DNA of 64,000 nucleotides from a virus (lineage: Duplodnaviria > Caudoviricetes), in IMG/VR virus record IMGVR_UViG_3300012983_000033, positions 32,001 through 96,000 of that record, one strand, 5' to 3'. The position numbers were made by a program, and so were the translations under genes. Shown one piece after another: positions 42,152-52,856 of this stretch (positions are counted from its first letter, which is position 1; every line of letters begins with the position of its first letter). The notes under the pieces were generated by a model. That model did not search any database, had not been told where the DNA came from, and worked only from the letters and a program-made list of their open reading frames with translations.

Positions 42152-43641
42152 TAAAATTCTCCTTTGTGTAATCTATTACGAATTGTCTGTAAGTTTTCTT
42201 CTATAAGCATTTCGCTATCCTTAAAGATAGGGCGAAGAAGATTGTTTTTATTATTACAAGCTTCTTCCCAAGTATATTCATCAGCATAACCAAGTTCAAA
42301 ATGACAGCCATTCCAGTCCATAACCGCACAATGTGCTACAACACAACAGCCTTTCTGTGATTTCTTGAAGCCGCCGTCTTTGGGGTCTTTAAAGATAAGA
42401 TAAGGCTTACCATTAATCTCACAGTAAGTAGCCTTAATACAAGAGCTGAATGTATCACGAGTGAAGGGTTTGAGGATACCGTCCTCTTCGACACACTGGA
42501 ATGAGAATGAACCAACACCAAGTGCTACATTTGAACAAGCAAAGCCGTTTCTTTCAAGAATACTATAAATTTCACGACAACGCTGAATTGTGATACTGTC
42601 ACCGTAGATAGCCTTTACGTGAGGGTCAAGAACTCTATAGCCCTTTGAGTTGATTGTACCGCCAAAGATATCCCAAAGCTTGAAGACTGTCTGAGTAACA
42701 ACCTCAACACAATCTCCTGAGTCGCCGCGAACGAGGAAGCAACCTTCGTGTTCAAGAATTTCTTTCTTGAGTTTGGGGAGAATATTGTCTACAACATTCC
42801 AATAATCATAACTATCACAAACACAAGAGAAAGATCTTGTGGGATAAATTTCAGTAAGAAGGCGTCTGATAAGAGTTTCTTCATCACCATCAACCGCATA
42901 ATTTGAACACATTACTGCGTGCTCTGTTGAGGGTGAACCAAAAGCAACTGGTTCTCTTGTACAGTCGCAATTATAATACTGTTCAAGATAGGGAATTGTA
43001 GGAACAGTTGCTGTATTAAGGAATGAAAGACACCAACCGGCACCAGCTTTTACAGCAGACTGAAGACACTCTTCACCGCGGAAGTCGAAGGCACCAAGTG
43101 CTCTTGCTCTTGAAACACTATCATCACAAGTCTTATCGTAAAACTCATTAACAATCTGACGGTAAGTATGTCCTACTGTTGCGGCGAGCATCGGATGCCA
43201 CATCTCTGCAGAAATAAGGCTTTCAAGTGCCTGCGGCAGCCACGCAAAATCGGGATGTGTATTTGTGATTGCGAACATCGGCACGTGCATTGGAACAAGA
43301 GTGCCTTCGGGAAGAGCACGAATTTCAATAGGAAGATAACCGACTCTCCAAAGCTGTTTGATTTTTTCAATGCCATAAGCACCCTTACCGAGTGCCGCAT
43401 CCATAATGCGTTCATACTGTGTAATCACTTCAAGAAAATCTCTCTTAAAGAAGTTGTCATTAAAGTAATCAATAAGATATTCTTTACAAAAACTCTGAAT
43501 ACCAAACATAACAACTTCATCCCACATCTTAACACGACTCATACGAGGTGTAAAATAGGAAACTGATTTTGTAATGCCCTTCGGGAGCATCTCTGCGTGA
43601 ACTGCTTTATAAAAGTCAATAAGTAACATAGGATTTGTCAT
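42151..43641 (-). CDS. Nicotinamide/nicotinate phosphoribosyltransferase (Nampt family)
   Basis: IDFYK..H, FDFRG, STEH, CDSYD, RGDSGD, YGDSI, RDTF..C.KAT, KKSQKG. Confidence 0.9.
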   Translation of the reverse strand: MTNPMLLIDFYKAVHAEMLPKGITKSVSYFTPRMSRVKMWDEVVMFGIQSFCKEYLIDYFNDNFFKRDFLEVITQYERIMDAALGKGAYGIEKIKQLWRVGYLPIEIRALPEGTLVPMHVPMFAITNTHPDFAWLPQALESLISAEMWHPMLAATVGHTYRQIVNEFYDKTCDDSVSRARALGAFDFRGEECLQSAVKAGAGWCLSFLNTATVPTIPYLEQYYNCDCTREPVAFGSPSTEHAVMCSNYAVDGDEETLIRRLLTEIYPTRSFSCVCDSYDYWNVVDNILPKLKKEILEHEGCFLVRGDSGDCVEVVTQTVFKLWDIFGGTINSKGYRVLDPHVKAIYGDSITIQRCREIYSILERNGFACSNVALGVGSFSFQCVEEDGILKPFTRDTFSSCIKATYCEINGKPYLIFKDPKDGGFKKSQKGCCVVAHCAVMDWNGCHFELGYADEYTWEEACNNKNNLLRPIFKDSEMLIEENLQTIRNRLHKGEF

Positions 43642-43642
43642 A

Positions 43643-44206
43643 TTAGTTAGCCTCCTTGAGATATTTAATAATTTCATTTCTGTGCATAAATACAAAGTTT
43701 GGAACGAGATTAAGAAGCACTCCTTCTTTAAGAGTTGGTTCAAGAAGGGCTTTTCTTACCATAGTTGCACTGATATTCTCAAATCTATCAAGAAATTTGA
43801 AACGCAGACACCAACGGTCATCTGTATCAAACCAACTGAGCATAATCTGAGGATTATCACTATAATAAATTGTCATATCTGGGTCGTGAGTATAACTGAG
43901 CATCTTCATAAAAAGATATCGACCCCACGCATATGAATTATCTGCCTCATCAGTTAAATCATTAAGCGGATGGATATGAACTCTGTGAAGTTCTTCTGAA
44001 CTTAATACTTCGTGAAGTGCGCCCTGAATAAGCATCATACGAAATTCAATCGGTAATGGATTTCGCTTTGTACCACACTTATCAGCACTACCAACAAAGA
44101 TATGCAAATCTCCGCAGTATTTACGAGCGTCATCGAGAGCTTTCTTTACCATACTTAAATGTCCATTATGAAAGGGCTGTGCCCTAAAAAGAATTACACC
44201 AGTCAT
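43643..44206 (-). CDS. NMN/NaMN adenylyltransferase (NadM-like)
   Basis: RAQPFHNGH (HxGH), VGSA, RNPL, ISATMVR. Confidence 0.88.
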   Translation of the reverse strand: MTGVILFRAQPFHNGHLSMVKKALDDARKYCGDLHIFVGSADKCGTKRNPLPIEFRMMLIQGALHEVLSSEELHRVHIHPLNDLTDEADNSYAWGRYLFMKMLSYTHDPDMTIYYSDNPQIMLSWFDTDDRWCLRFKFLDRFENISATMVRKALLEPTLKEGVLLNLVPNFVFMHRNEIIKYLKEAN

Positions 44207-44305
44207 ATTATTTTCCTTTCTTTTCTAACTTTCTATATATATTATAACAAAAATTTGAAAAAAAATCAAATAACCCTCTATTTAAGTAGAGGGTTATATC
44301 TTTAA

Positions 44306-44560
44306 TTATTCATTAACTAAGTGACAGTTAAAAGAACTTACGAGCCAAACTTTTCCTTCGGTATCTGTGATCTGAAGCTGTTCTCCGTCATAATCACGCC
44401 ACTTAGCAATTTTAATGGTCTTTGAAGTGCCGTCAAACATATCAATAATAGCTGTATCATATTCATAGTTGAGGTCTACAATTTGTTTATTAAATCCACA
44501 TCCTGTGAAAAGACAAGCAATAATCAATACACCGAGTATGATAGCAATAATTTTCTTCAT
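44306..44560 (-). CDS. Lipoprotein
   Basis: Signal peptide with lipobox LFTGC. Confidence 0.7.
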   Translation of the reverse strand: MKKIIAIILGVLIIACLFTGCGFNKQIVDLNYEYDTAIIDMFDGTSKTIKIAKWRDYDGEQLQITDTEGKVWLVSSFNCHLVNE

Positions 44561-44572
44561 TTTTATTTCTCC

Positions 44573-45043
44573 TTATTTCATCAATTCATTGAGGACTTTC
44601 TGTGCAATTTTCATATCGCAATTGTAAGTTTTAAGAATTGGCATTACGGTCTTCATAATCTTACCCTTATTTTGCATAGTAACAGGTATTTCATTTTTAA
44701 ATAAAATTTTATCAATGAGATTAGTAATTTTCGTTTCGTCAGTAATCAACTGGGGAGCATACTCATTTACAACTGTCATATTATACTGATATTCTGCCTT
44801 ACGTGTTGCATACTGTTCCGTATCAGGGCAGGTATCAATCATTTCCTGAACTGTTTTCTTGTACTTTGTCAAGACTTCATTTACAAGTGCGTCAGTAATT
44901 TCAACTCGTGTCTTACCTGAGGTTGAAGCCTTATCAATTGCCGCTACAATGTCTGCCAACACAGAGCGGCGGGCTTTATTACCACTTTTAAGTGATTCAT
45001 TCATATCATTTTTTATTTTTTCATATATCGTCATTATAATCAT
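44573..45043 (-). CDS. GatB/YqeY-domain protein
   Basis: IYEKIKNDM...K......EY.PQL...GKIMK.VM pattern. Confidence 0.7.
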   Translation of the reverse strand: MIIMTIYEKIKNDMNESLKSGNKARRSVLADIVAAIDKASTSGKTRVEITDALVNEVLTKYKKTVQEMIDTCPDTEQYATRKAEYQYNMTVVNEYAPQLITDETKITNLIDKILFKNEIPVTMQNKGKIMKTVMPILKTYNCDMKIAQKVLNELMK

Positions 45044-45051
45044 ATCCTTTC

Positions 45052-45867
45052 TTATATATTTTCAACAAAAGAAACAAACTCTGTTTCTATATCACGTGGA
45101 AAGATTGATTTTGTAGTGAAGACGTGTTCAACAAGACCGCTATTGGGAAGGTCTCCTTTAAGCATAGTAGCTTCACAATGTGTTACATAAAGATATACAT
45201 TCTTCGCGCCCGCTTCCTTGAGAGCCTTGGCTGTATAATAAAATGTGCCGCCGCGTGAACAAATATCGTCAACAATAAGTACGTGTTTTCCAGCTACGAG
45301 TTCTTTATTCATAAGCTCGAGACCTTTAATTTTACCTGTTTCCCAATCTCTTTTCTTAATGCCAAAAGCATAGGGAACACCAAGTGATTCAGAATAGCGT
45401 TTCATCGCACCCTCATCGGGGAAACAAACAATAACACTCTCATCTGAAAGGTCTGTAAGAAATTCATAAATAGTTTTTGCATTGTTGTGTGCGGGGTCGA
45501 TAGGATGATAATTGTGAATAAGAGCCGCCGCAACATTACTATGCACATCATCACAGAATACAAGTTTAAAATTAAGTGAATTTAAAACTTCTGTAAAGTA
45601 TTTAAGAGTAAATACATCTTCGGAATTTTTTACTCTATCCATTCTTGCGTGAGGACAATAAGGCATATAAAGAACCATATCCATATTTTCAAAATGTTTG
45701 CGAAGACAAATCAGAGTAAAAAGTTCAGCATCGTTTTCATAAAACCATTCGATAAGCGTAATCTGGTTATCATCAAGGCTATCATAAACTCCCTGTTCAA
45801 TTTTCATCATAAGAGTATTATCAGGAAAATGTCCCTGTTCAATTTCAATACCGTTAAACTTAATCAT
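45052..45867 (-). CDS. Ribose-phosphate pyrophosphokinase-like (Prs/Adps family)
   Basis: FPD, MPYCPHARMDR, DVHS, FPDEGA.KR, IVDDICSRGGT, YVTH. Confidence 0.88.
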   Translation of the reverse strand: MIKFNGIEIEQGHFPDNTLMMKIEQGVYDSLDDNQITLIEWFYENDAELFTLICLRKHFENMDMVLYMPYCPHARMDRVKNSEDVFTLKYFTEVLNSLNFKLVFCDDVHSNVAAALIHNYHPIDPAHNNAKTIYEFLTDLSDESVIVCFPDEGAMKRYSESLGVPYAFGIKKRDWETGKIKGLELMNKELVAGKHVLIVDDICSRGGTFYYTAKALKEAGAKNVYLYVTHCEATMLKGDLPNSGLVEHVFTTKSIFPRDIETEFVSFVENI

Positions 45868-45878
45868 AAAATCTCTCC

Positions 45879-46463
45879 TTAATCTTCGTTAATCACATTT
45901 ATCTGGCACATCTTCATTGCGGCGAGTGCATTTTTGTGAGATTCAGGTGTTACACCGGCACAGCAACTTGCATCAACTGTAATAAGAAGCTCTGGGCAAT
46001 ATGCCTTGAGAAGCATTGCATTTGAGATAACGCAAATATCTGTACATACACCCATAAGAATTACTTCGTCAATATCAATATGGGGGTTATCATTAACCAA
46101 ACCGCGAATTGTATTTGCAAGTTCGAGTGAACCAAAAGTGGGTTTAAGAACTCTACCCTTGCGAATATCGCGAGTTGAATAACTAAGGAAATTGCTACCA
46201 TAATCAGTATAGCTTGAAATTTGCTTATTAATACTCCAACCCGCAGTTCCTTCGATACAGTGCATAACGGGAAGATTTTTTCCTTCCTGAGTTTCAAGAT
46301 AATTAGACTGATGAGTGTCTTTGGTGAAGAAAAGAACTGTTTTTCCGTCATCAAGTTCGTGAAGTCTATCAACCATTACAGGAACAATCGCCTGAGCTTC
46401 TGGTGAACCAAGAGGACCGTCAATAAAGTCATTCTGCATATCAACTACTACAACAATTTTCAT
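45879..46463 (-). CDS. pncA: Nicotinamidase (isochorismatase family)
   Basis: VDMQNDF..G.L, DTH, HC..GT.GW, K.TFGS, GVCTDICV. Confidence 0.82.
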   Translation of the reverse strand: MKIVVVVDMQNDFIDGPLGSPEAQAIVPVMVDRLHELDDGKTVLFFTKDTHQSNYLETQEGKNLPVMHCIEGTAGWSINKQISSYTDYGSNFLSYSTRDIRKGRVLKPTFGSLELANTIRGLVNDNPHIDIDEVILMGVCTDICVISNAMLLKAYCPELLITVDASCCAGVTPESHKNALAAMKMCQINVINED

Positions 46464-47134
46464 ATATAAAATCTCCTTTATTTATTTTCTATAATAATTA
46501 TATAAAAAATTTGAGGAAAAAGCAAATTAACTTTTGCCTTTTCCTCTTTACTTATCTATCTTTTACTTCGAAGTATGCGGCGAGACCAACTCCAGCTAAA
46601 ACAATAATTCCTATATAGGCTAAACCAATCCAAATAGAAAGTTGCATTAAATGTGCGCCAAATACTGCCATAAAGAATATCGCGCCCGCACATATAAAGA
46701 CAAAAAGGGTTCTCAATATCATAAGAATGAATTCTCTTAACCAATCTTTAAACATTATTTATCTCCTCTCCATTTCTCTTTTATATCTTCAAGGTAATCA
46801 GAAATGATAAACCAATTATCGTAAATTGTATATATAAGCGTCCCTAAAGGTATTGCCAAAACGATGATTAAAATAGTTATTGCGACCCATTTTAAAAATG
46901 TGAACAGCATAATCCATAAAAGCGTAAGCACAGAAAGTGCGAGTAAGCCGCCTATGATTATAAGCACTATGAGACAGACATTAAACATTCTTTCAAGCCA
47001 TTCTTCAAACATTGTTTACTTCCTTTCTTAATCCATTACAATAGATACCATCTTGAGGATAATAATGAGCCAATAGGCAACCCAAAACCAAGCTGGCGCA
47101 TCAACAACATACGCTAAAAGTCCCATTAATATTA

Positions 47135-47470
47135 TCATTTATCTGTCTCCTTATCTTTTAAAGTCCAAACTTTTCCGTTTGCGTCTACTACATCATATTT
47201 TTCATATATTTCAACAAAAGGTGTATCATCATCAATTAAGACAGTATATTGATATCTGCCCGTTTCTACTGAAGGAGCACCCCAAATAATTCCAATAAAA
47301 ACAAGAAGACAAATGACTGCAGAAAAACCACCAATTGGAACCCAAATTGACCACTTATCGGCACTTAACATTATACCAAAACCTATTGCACCAATAATTG
47401 CGATTACAATTGCGGCTATCTTATAACTTTGAGCTATTTCCATAATTGGCTCTTGATATAATATTTCCAT
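47135..47470 (-). CDS. Two-TM membrane protein (paralog of 36338..36700)
   Basis: See the paralog. Confidence 0.65.
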   Translation of the reverse strand: MEILYQEPIMEIAQSYKIAAIVIAIIGAIGFGIMLSADKWSIWVPIGGFSAVICLLVFIGIIWGAPSVETGRYQYTVLIDDDTPFVEIYEKYDVVDANGKVWTLKDKETDK

Positions 47471-47946
47471 TACTCTATCTCCTTTAAGTCTTCTTTTTCT
47501 ATCCAATAGGAATTTTTCCAATATGGGCAACGCATCTGCTGAATAAGATGCAAACAAAGCGTCATATAATCTTCAACTTGTTGTTCTGTCGGTTCTGCTT
47601 CGGGATCTTCATAATTATAATCATCCCACTGAATACTCTGAAGGGTATCGCATACTGTGCAAGAACCATAACCTACTTCTGTTATCATGTAATCGCCGCC
47701 AGACGGCTGATATCCGCGTCTGTGGAAGAGAAATAGCAGCGTGCCCTGATAATCACCGTGATCAACCTCAATAATCTCGGTTTCATCCCACAGTTCATAA
47801 GAATTTTCGCTATCATTAAGAACATACTTAATAATCATTTCAACCAAATTCTCATAATCCCAGAAATGATGACCTTTAGAAGTTGCAATTTTTTGTTTAA
47901 GAACTTCTTTATTCTTATCCCATTTATCTATACAATACTTATTCAT
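47470..47946 (-). CDS. Hypothetical protein
   Basis: DHGDYQGT and YGSCTVCD motifs. Confidence 0.7.
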   Translation of the reverse strand: MNKYCIDKWDKNKEVLKQKIATSKGHHFWDYENLVEMIIKYVLNDSENSYELWDETEIIEVDHGDYQGTLLFLFHRRGYQPSGGDYMITEVGYGSCTVCDTLQSIQWDDYNYEDPEAEPTEQQVEDYMTLCLHLIQQMRCPYWKNSYWIEKEDLKEIE

Positions 47947-48464
47947 TATTCTGCCTCCTGAAATCTTCCCTCTTCATCAATAATGAAGTTGGTTGCATTA
48001 ACATATCCACCGTCATAGAAAAGCATATCTTCCTTAATATAGGCTCCGTTAAGGTCAAAATCCATATTCTCTTTTACAGAGAGAAGAAAACGCAATGCCG
48101 CTTCTTCAGTATCGAATTCAAGAGCATAACCCTCATTAGTTAATGGAAGATCGTCATAATACTTATTATAAATGTGAAATTTAAAATCAGGCAAAAGAGA
48201 ATCACTTTCTTCTTCACAATTTTCAGTTACTTCTTCATTCGCACACTCTTCTTCGTCATATGGATCTATAACATCGCTATAAAAACCACAAACATCCGTA
48301 ACACTATCATATTCAGCGAGTTCAAGCAAACACTCAGCCATTTCATCACGATCATCTACCATTGTGTCTACGATAATATCTATACAGCGTCTGCGTGCTT
48401 TTTCTTTTGTTGAGAAAAACTCGTATTCGTCATCTCTGGTCCAAACTACCCAAATTTCTTTCAT
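47946..48464 (-). CDS. Acidic hypothetical protein
   Basis: Operon packing. Confidence 0.65.
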   Translation of the reverse strand: MKEIWVVWTRDDEYEFFSTKEKARRRCIDIIVDTMVDDRDEMAECLLELAEYDSVTDVCGFYSDVIDPYDEEECANEEVTENCEEESDSLLPDFKFHIYNKYYDDLPLTNEGYALEFDTEEAALRFLLSVKENMDFDLNGAYIKEDMLFYDGGYVNATNFIIDEEGRFQEAE

Positions 48465-48465
48465 A

Positions 48466-48807
48466 TTACATTACCTCCCACTGTTCAAGAAAAGTTTCAA
48501 GTCCGCCTGCCTCGGTTACAAATGCTATCATAATTGCACCAGTTGTATAACTGGCATTATCAAAGGTTTCAATAGAGTCAATCTGATATAATGATACTAT
48601 ATCACGATATTCTTCAATAGTTTCCTCAAGTGCCGCCGCAAGTTCCACCTCTTCTTCTTTATCTTCATCATAAAGATAAGGAGAAAGATAGCCACCCCAA
48701 GAGAAGCGATCAAATACTTTATAAATATCAATTCTTAAATTCATAAGTCTTTTTTCAGCAGGAGAAATTACTCTTTCTTCTGAAGTGTTATCAAGTGAAT
48801 ACATCAT
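48466..48807 (-). CDS. Hypothetical protein
   Basis: GGAG RBS. Confidence 0.65.
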   Translation of the reverse strand: MMYSLDNTSEERVISPAEKRLMNLRIDIYKVFDRFSWGGYLSPYLYDEDKEEEVELAAALEETIEEYRDIVSLYQIDSIETFDNASYTTGAIMIAFVTEAGGLETFLEQWEVM

Positions 48808-50113
48808 ATCTTTTCTCCTTTACCAACTTACATCAACAAGAATATGTTCATATGGATAATCTTCGGGAATTGTTGAATCAAGAAAACTTATAACAGCCAA
48901 TTGTTCAGGGGTGCTATAGTCTGCAAGAGCGTTGCCGTCACGGAACCACAGACACTTATAGCAATCATTCATATAATCGCCTTCCCAAAATACTCTTGCA
49001 AGATTTTTAATCTCAACATCGCTATGCTGATTAACAAGACTTGCAAGATAGCCTGCTTCAATAACAAAAGGAGTATCGAAAGAAAAAGTTGACTGTCCAC
49101 CTTTTGCTGAATAATAATGTACATTAAACATAAAAATATCTTCCTTTCTTATCTCATAACTCTTAAGCCAATGACGGGTCCGATCCAAAGAATAAGGGCA
49201 CTTACTGTACTTGCAAAGAAGCATTTGATAACAGTTTTTCCTACCATTAATGCCGTGAGTGTACCTGCGTCAAAAGCCTTGCACGCATCAATAATCGGTC
49301 CGATGAACATTTCCCAGATTCCTACATAGGCGGCCGCGACAAAACTTCCCACGATAATAATACCGCCAATTATAAGTTTTATTGTGTCTTTTGCTTTCAT
49401 TAATAATTACACCTCTCTTAACTTTCTATAAATATTATATCAAAATTTTGGAATTTTTTCAAATAATAAAAAGAGGAGTTACAAGTGTAACTCCTCAATG
49501 TATTAGAATGTATCAACTTCAAATTTTGTTTTTACTTCGTGTTCTTCAATATAGAAGAAACACTCGACATAACCATCAAGCATTGACTGAAGGTCAAAAG
49601 TAAGTCTATCAAAATTAAGTTCTTCACCACTCTGTTTTTCCTGCTTCAATTCAGCGATATAGGCATCAATCATATGACGCTGTGCTTCTGCTTTTGAGGT
49701 ATATATACCAACAACATCATAGCCGTCTCCATCGAAACAAACATAGACTTTCTGATTTTCATTTTCGTGATAATTGCATGTGTAAGTATTCATTCTTCAT
49801 TCTCCCTTTCTTTTTTTTAAACAGCAATATAATCATTAAAAGGAATCCAATCGTGTTCCTCAAATTTAATATCGTTTTCTTCTGCCATTTCAATCACATC
49901 TACGATGTTAAAGACACCACCGCAACAAGAACATATGATGACATCATTATAAGCGATACCATAAATTCTTTCGATGTTTTCGTATTCATCTGCGTCAAGA
50001 AAACTAACCATAGTAGGTTCGCTGTAATAAGATTTGATTTTCATTAGACATCAATTCCTCTCTTTTTTATCTTACATATATATTATATATGATTTTTATG
50101 ATTTTTTCAAATT

Positions 50114-51679
50114 TTATTTTGCAATTTTGAAATTATATGATGAAGTTAAAACAACATTATTAGCAATTTCACCAATGGTCTTATCACGATCGCCGCTATT
50201 ATATGCCTAAACAATGTTTTCTTTTGTTGAATATTTTATATTAATGCGTTTTGGCTCATTTACCTAAATATAATAATATATATTTTCTAAAATTTGTGAA
50301 GCTAAAACGAAGGTTTTTCCTGCAACAAAAAATAAAGAGTTTTTGTCGATATTTTGTAGCTCAGACATGTCATCTACTGCTAAATACATAAGACTACTTG
50401 CAAAAGCACTAAAAGCCTATTCTATTTGTGGAATCATATTTAATAAATTTTTTCTACGAGAAAGAAAGCTGTTCATTTGTGGTGTAGGATTATATTTCGC
50501 ACCAGATACAGCGGTTCCTTTTGATGAAATATAATATGGAACGTTAAAACCTAAACTACCATAAAAATTAGTAAGAATTTCTTTAACCTCTGTATTAGGC
50601 AATGTATTGAGCACTGTTTCTAAAGAGGCATTTGCAAAATAAGAAGAAAAATTTGAGTCAATATCTAATGCTGTATTTTTTACCTAAATACCAAAATTAT
50701 TTAATAATATATCTCTGTGAGGCTTTGCTTTGTCTTCTCCAACATGAAGTCCACCGAGCCAACGAATACTTTTTCCAATCTCTTCTATTCCAAGAAACTG
50801 TGCTAAATAATACATAGCTTTTATTTCTCCTAATAAACCAGTAATATCATGCTGATTATATCCTACAAAAAACGCAGTGGGATCTGCAACCAAAATATGA
50901 CCAATTATCTTTTTTATGTATGGGTCGCCTCCACAAACTTTGATTATTTCTTGGGCAACTCTAGAATTCATTTTTTGTAATTCTTTTTTATCTATATTTC
51001 GTGCCTCTGAAGGAGTTAAAAAATTTGTCTCTTCCTGCCAACTAAAATGAGCGTTTGCGTCCTACCCATTTTCTGAAACAGATAAAGTAAAAGCCTATGG
51101 TTTTATTTTTTGCTCTTTTGAAGCTTTTTTGTTGTAACTTTTTATTGCTTTATTTAAGGCTATTTTTTGTGCCTTAGATAATTCAGAAATTTTAAAAAAA
51201 CTTTTTCCATTAGAACTTTTCTATATTTTTGAAGCAGAGAATCTTATTTGTTTATTTCCTCCATGAAACTAATTAAGAACAATATTCATTACTTTTCCAT
51301 AGTCTACAACATCCATTTCTTTACAAGCATCCAATACTTCATCTTCTAAAAGGGCAGTAAAACTACTTACATCATAGCCTTTCATCTATTCATATCCTAT
51401 AAAGGCTTGTTTTAAGGCAGAGCCGGACAATGGACAAACCGCTTTTTCATATTGTTTTATTTTTTCATTTAATTCTTGTATTGAACCGACTTTTAATCTT
51501 GCTAAAATATTTTTTTCAATATTCTCGGCTCTTTTGATATCTTGTAGTATCTTCTAAATCCCCACTTGTTTTAAATTACTTAGCGTGGTTATCTTCTCTT
51601 GGCTTGAAAAAGATTGGGTAATATCATAATATCCAGTTAAACTCATTAAGTTAGTTGGAGACTATATTATTGCACTCAT
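50114..51679 (-). CDS. About 521 aa protein hidden by 11 TAG codons; PD-(D/E)xK-like motif
   Basis: GGAGG RBS and ATG 51679; TAG at 51662, 51554, 51386, 51269, 51221, 51095, 51062, 50684, 50417, 50264, 50207; TAA at 50114; GLLGE...HRDILLNNFGI-Q-VKN. Confidence 0.8.
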
Positions 51680-51745
51680 TATCCCACCTCCATAAATTTC
51701 TTCTTATAATAAGTAAAAAAAAGAGTGGAAAACTCCACTCTTTCG

Positions 51746-52111
51746 TTATTCAAGTTCAGTTGTCTTTATATAAGATGTTGCAATATTACCACTTTTTATT
51801 TCAACATATCTTTCAGTAGCAATTTCAACTTTTACCTGCCTCATATCACTCTCAAATCGTACTTCTGCGGCGTACCAATAATTATTCTCTTGACATTCTG
51901 TCAAACCTTCCTCCCAATAGATCGCAAATAATCTTTCGCCGCCGTCCGTAGGAATTGATATAATACTTGTCGCGGATCTTGTCCAACGATGATTTTCATC
52001 AAATTCTTCTACGATAATTCTATTATTGCATAAAACTTCCCTCAACATAAATTCAGGAATATACTCATTATTATCATAAAGTCCAAGAAATTCGGTATTA
52101 TAATCTCTCAT
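51746..52111 (-). CDS. Hypothetical protein
   Basis: HRW...YWEEGLTECQEN. Confidence 0.65.
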   Translation of the reverse strand: MRDYNTEFLGLYDNNEYIPEFMLREVLCNNRIIVEEFDENHRWTRSATSIISIPTDGGERLFAIYWEEGLTECQENNYWYAAEVRFESDMRQVKVEIATERYVEIKSGNIATSYIKTTELE

Positions 52112-52112
52112 A

Positions 52113-52856
52113 TTAACCTCTACATCCAACAAATTTTATTTCAGTACAGTCGTCATAAATTTCAATAATATCATCATATATAAACCGCACATTTTCATTA
52201 TATAAAGTTAAATTTAAATCGTGATGATAGTGACCAGTAATCCACATTTTAAAGTCTATATTATAAAATAAATCTTCAAGAAGTTCACCTGAAGGAGTGG
52301 CTTCAAAAGTATGGAATACCTGTTTTACTACGGTATTTGGAAGGGAATGAGAGATGATATAGTCGATACTATTGCCGACAGTAGCAAGATTGCGATTTGC
52401 ATTTTCAATATCAGAAGGAAGAATTGTTTCCTGCGGCCACCAGCTCACATTCTCTGTACGCCATTCTTTGTCGTGGCTATCTGCTCCGCCCATACAAAGG
52501 ATTTTTAAGTCATCAAATTTCAAAATTTCACCACGAAGAATATGGTATACAGAATCAGAAATTTGATGTGCTTTTGCACCACAAAATTCTGTGATAGGAT
52601 ATGCATTAAGGCGAAGATGATTTTCGTGATTCCCGTCAATAAAAACTGTTGTCCACGGCGCAACTTCATCAAGCCATTTTAAATACCATTTTTCTTCACC
52701 GTCAGGCTCATTTGACCAAATAAAGCCAAAGTCACCTGCAATAATCAGTATATCGGACTTGTTAAACGCATTTTTAAACTTTCTGCGAAAGTCTACGAGT
52801 TTATCAAAGTCAATAGTACCGTGAGTATCGCCAGTAACTAATATCTTACTCATCAT
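52113..52856 (-). CDS. Calcineurin-like metallophosphoesterase
   Basis: GDTHG, AGDFG, DGNHE, SH, GHYH. Confidence 0.88.
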   Translation of the reverse strand: MMSKILVTGDTHGTIDFDKLVDFRRKFKNAFNKSDILIIAGDFGFIWSNEPDGEEKWYLKWLDEVAPWTTVFIDGNHENHLRLNAYPITEFCGAKAHQISDSVYHILRGEILKFDDLKILCMGGADSHDKEWRTENVSWWPQETILPSDIENANRNLATVGNSIDYIISHSLPNTVVKQVFHTFEATPSGELLEDLFYNIDFKMWITGHYHHDLNLTLYNENVRFIYDDIIEIYDDCTEIKFVGCRG

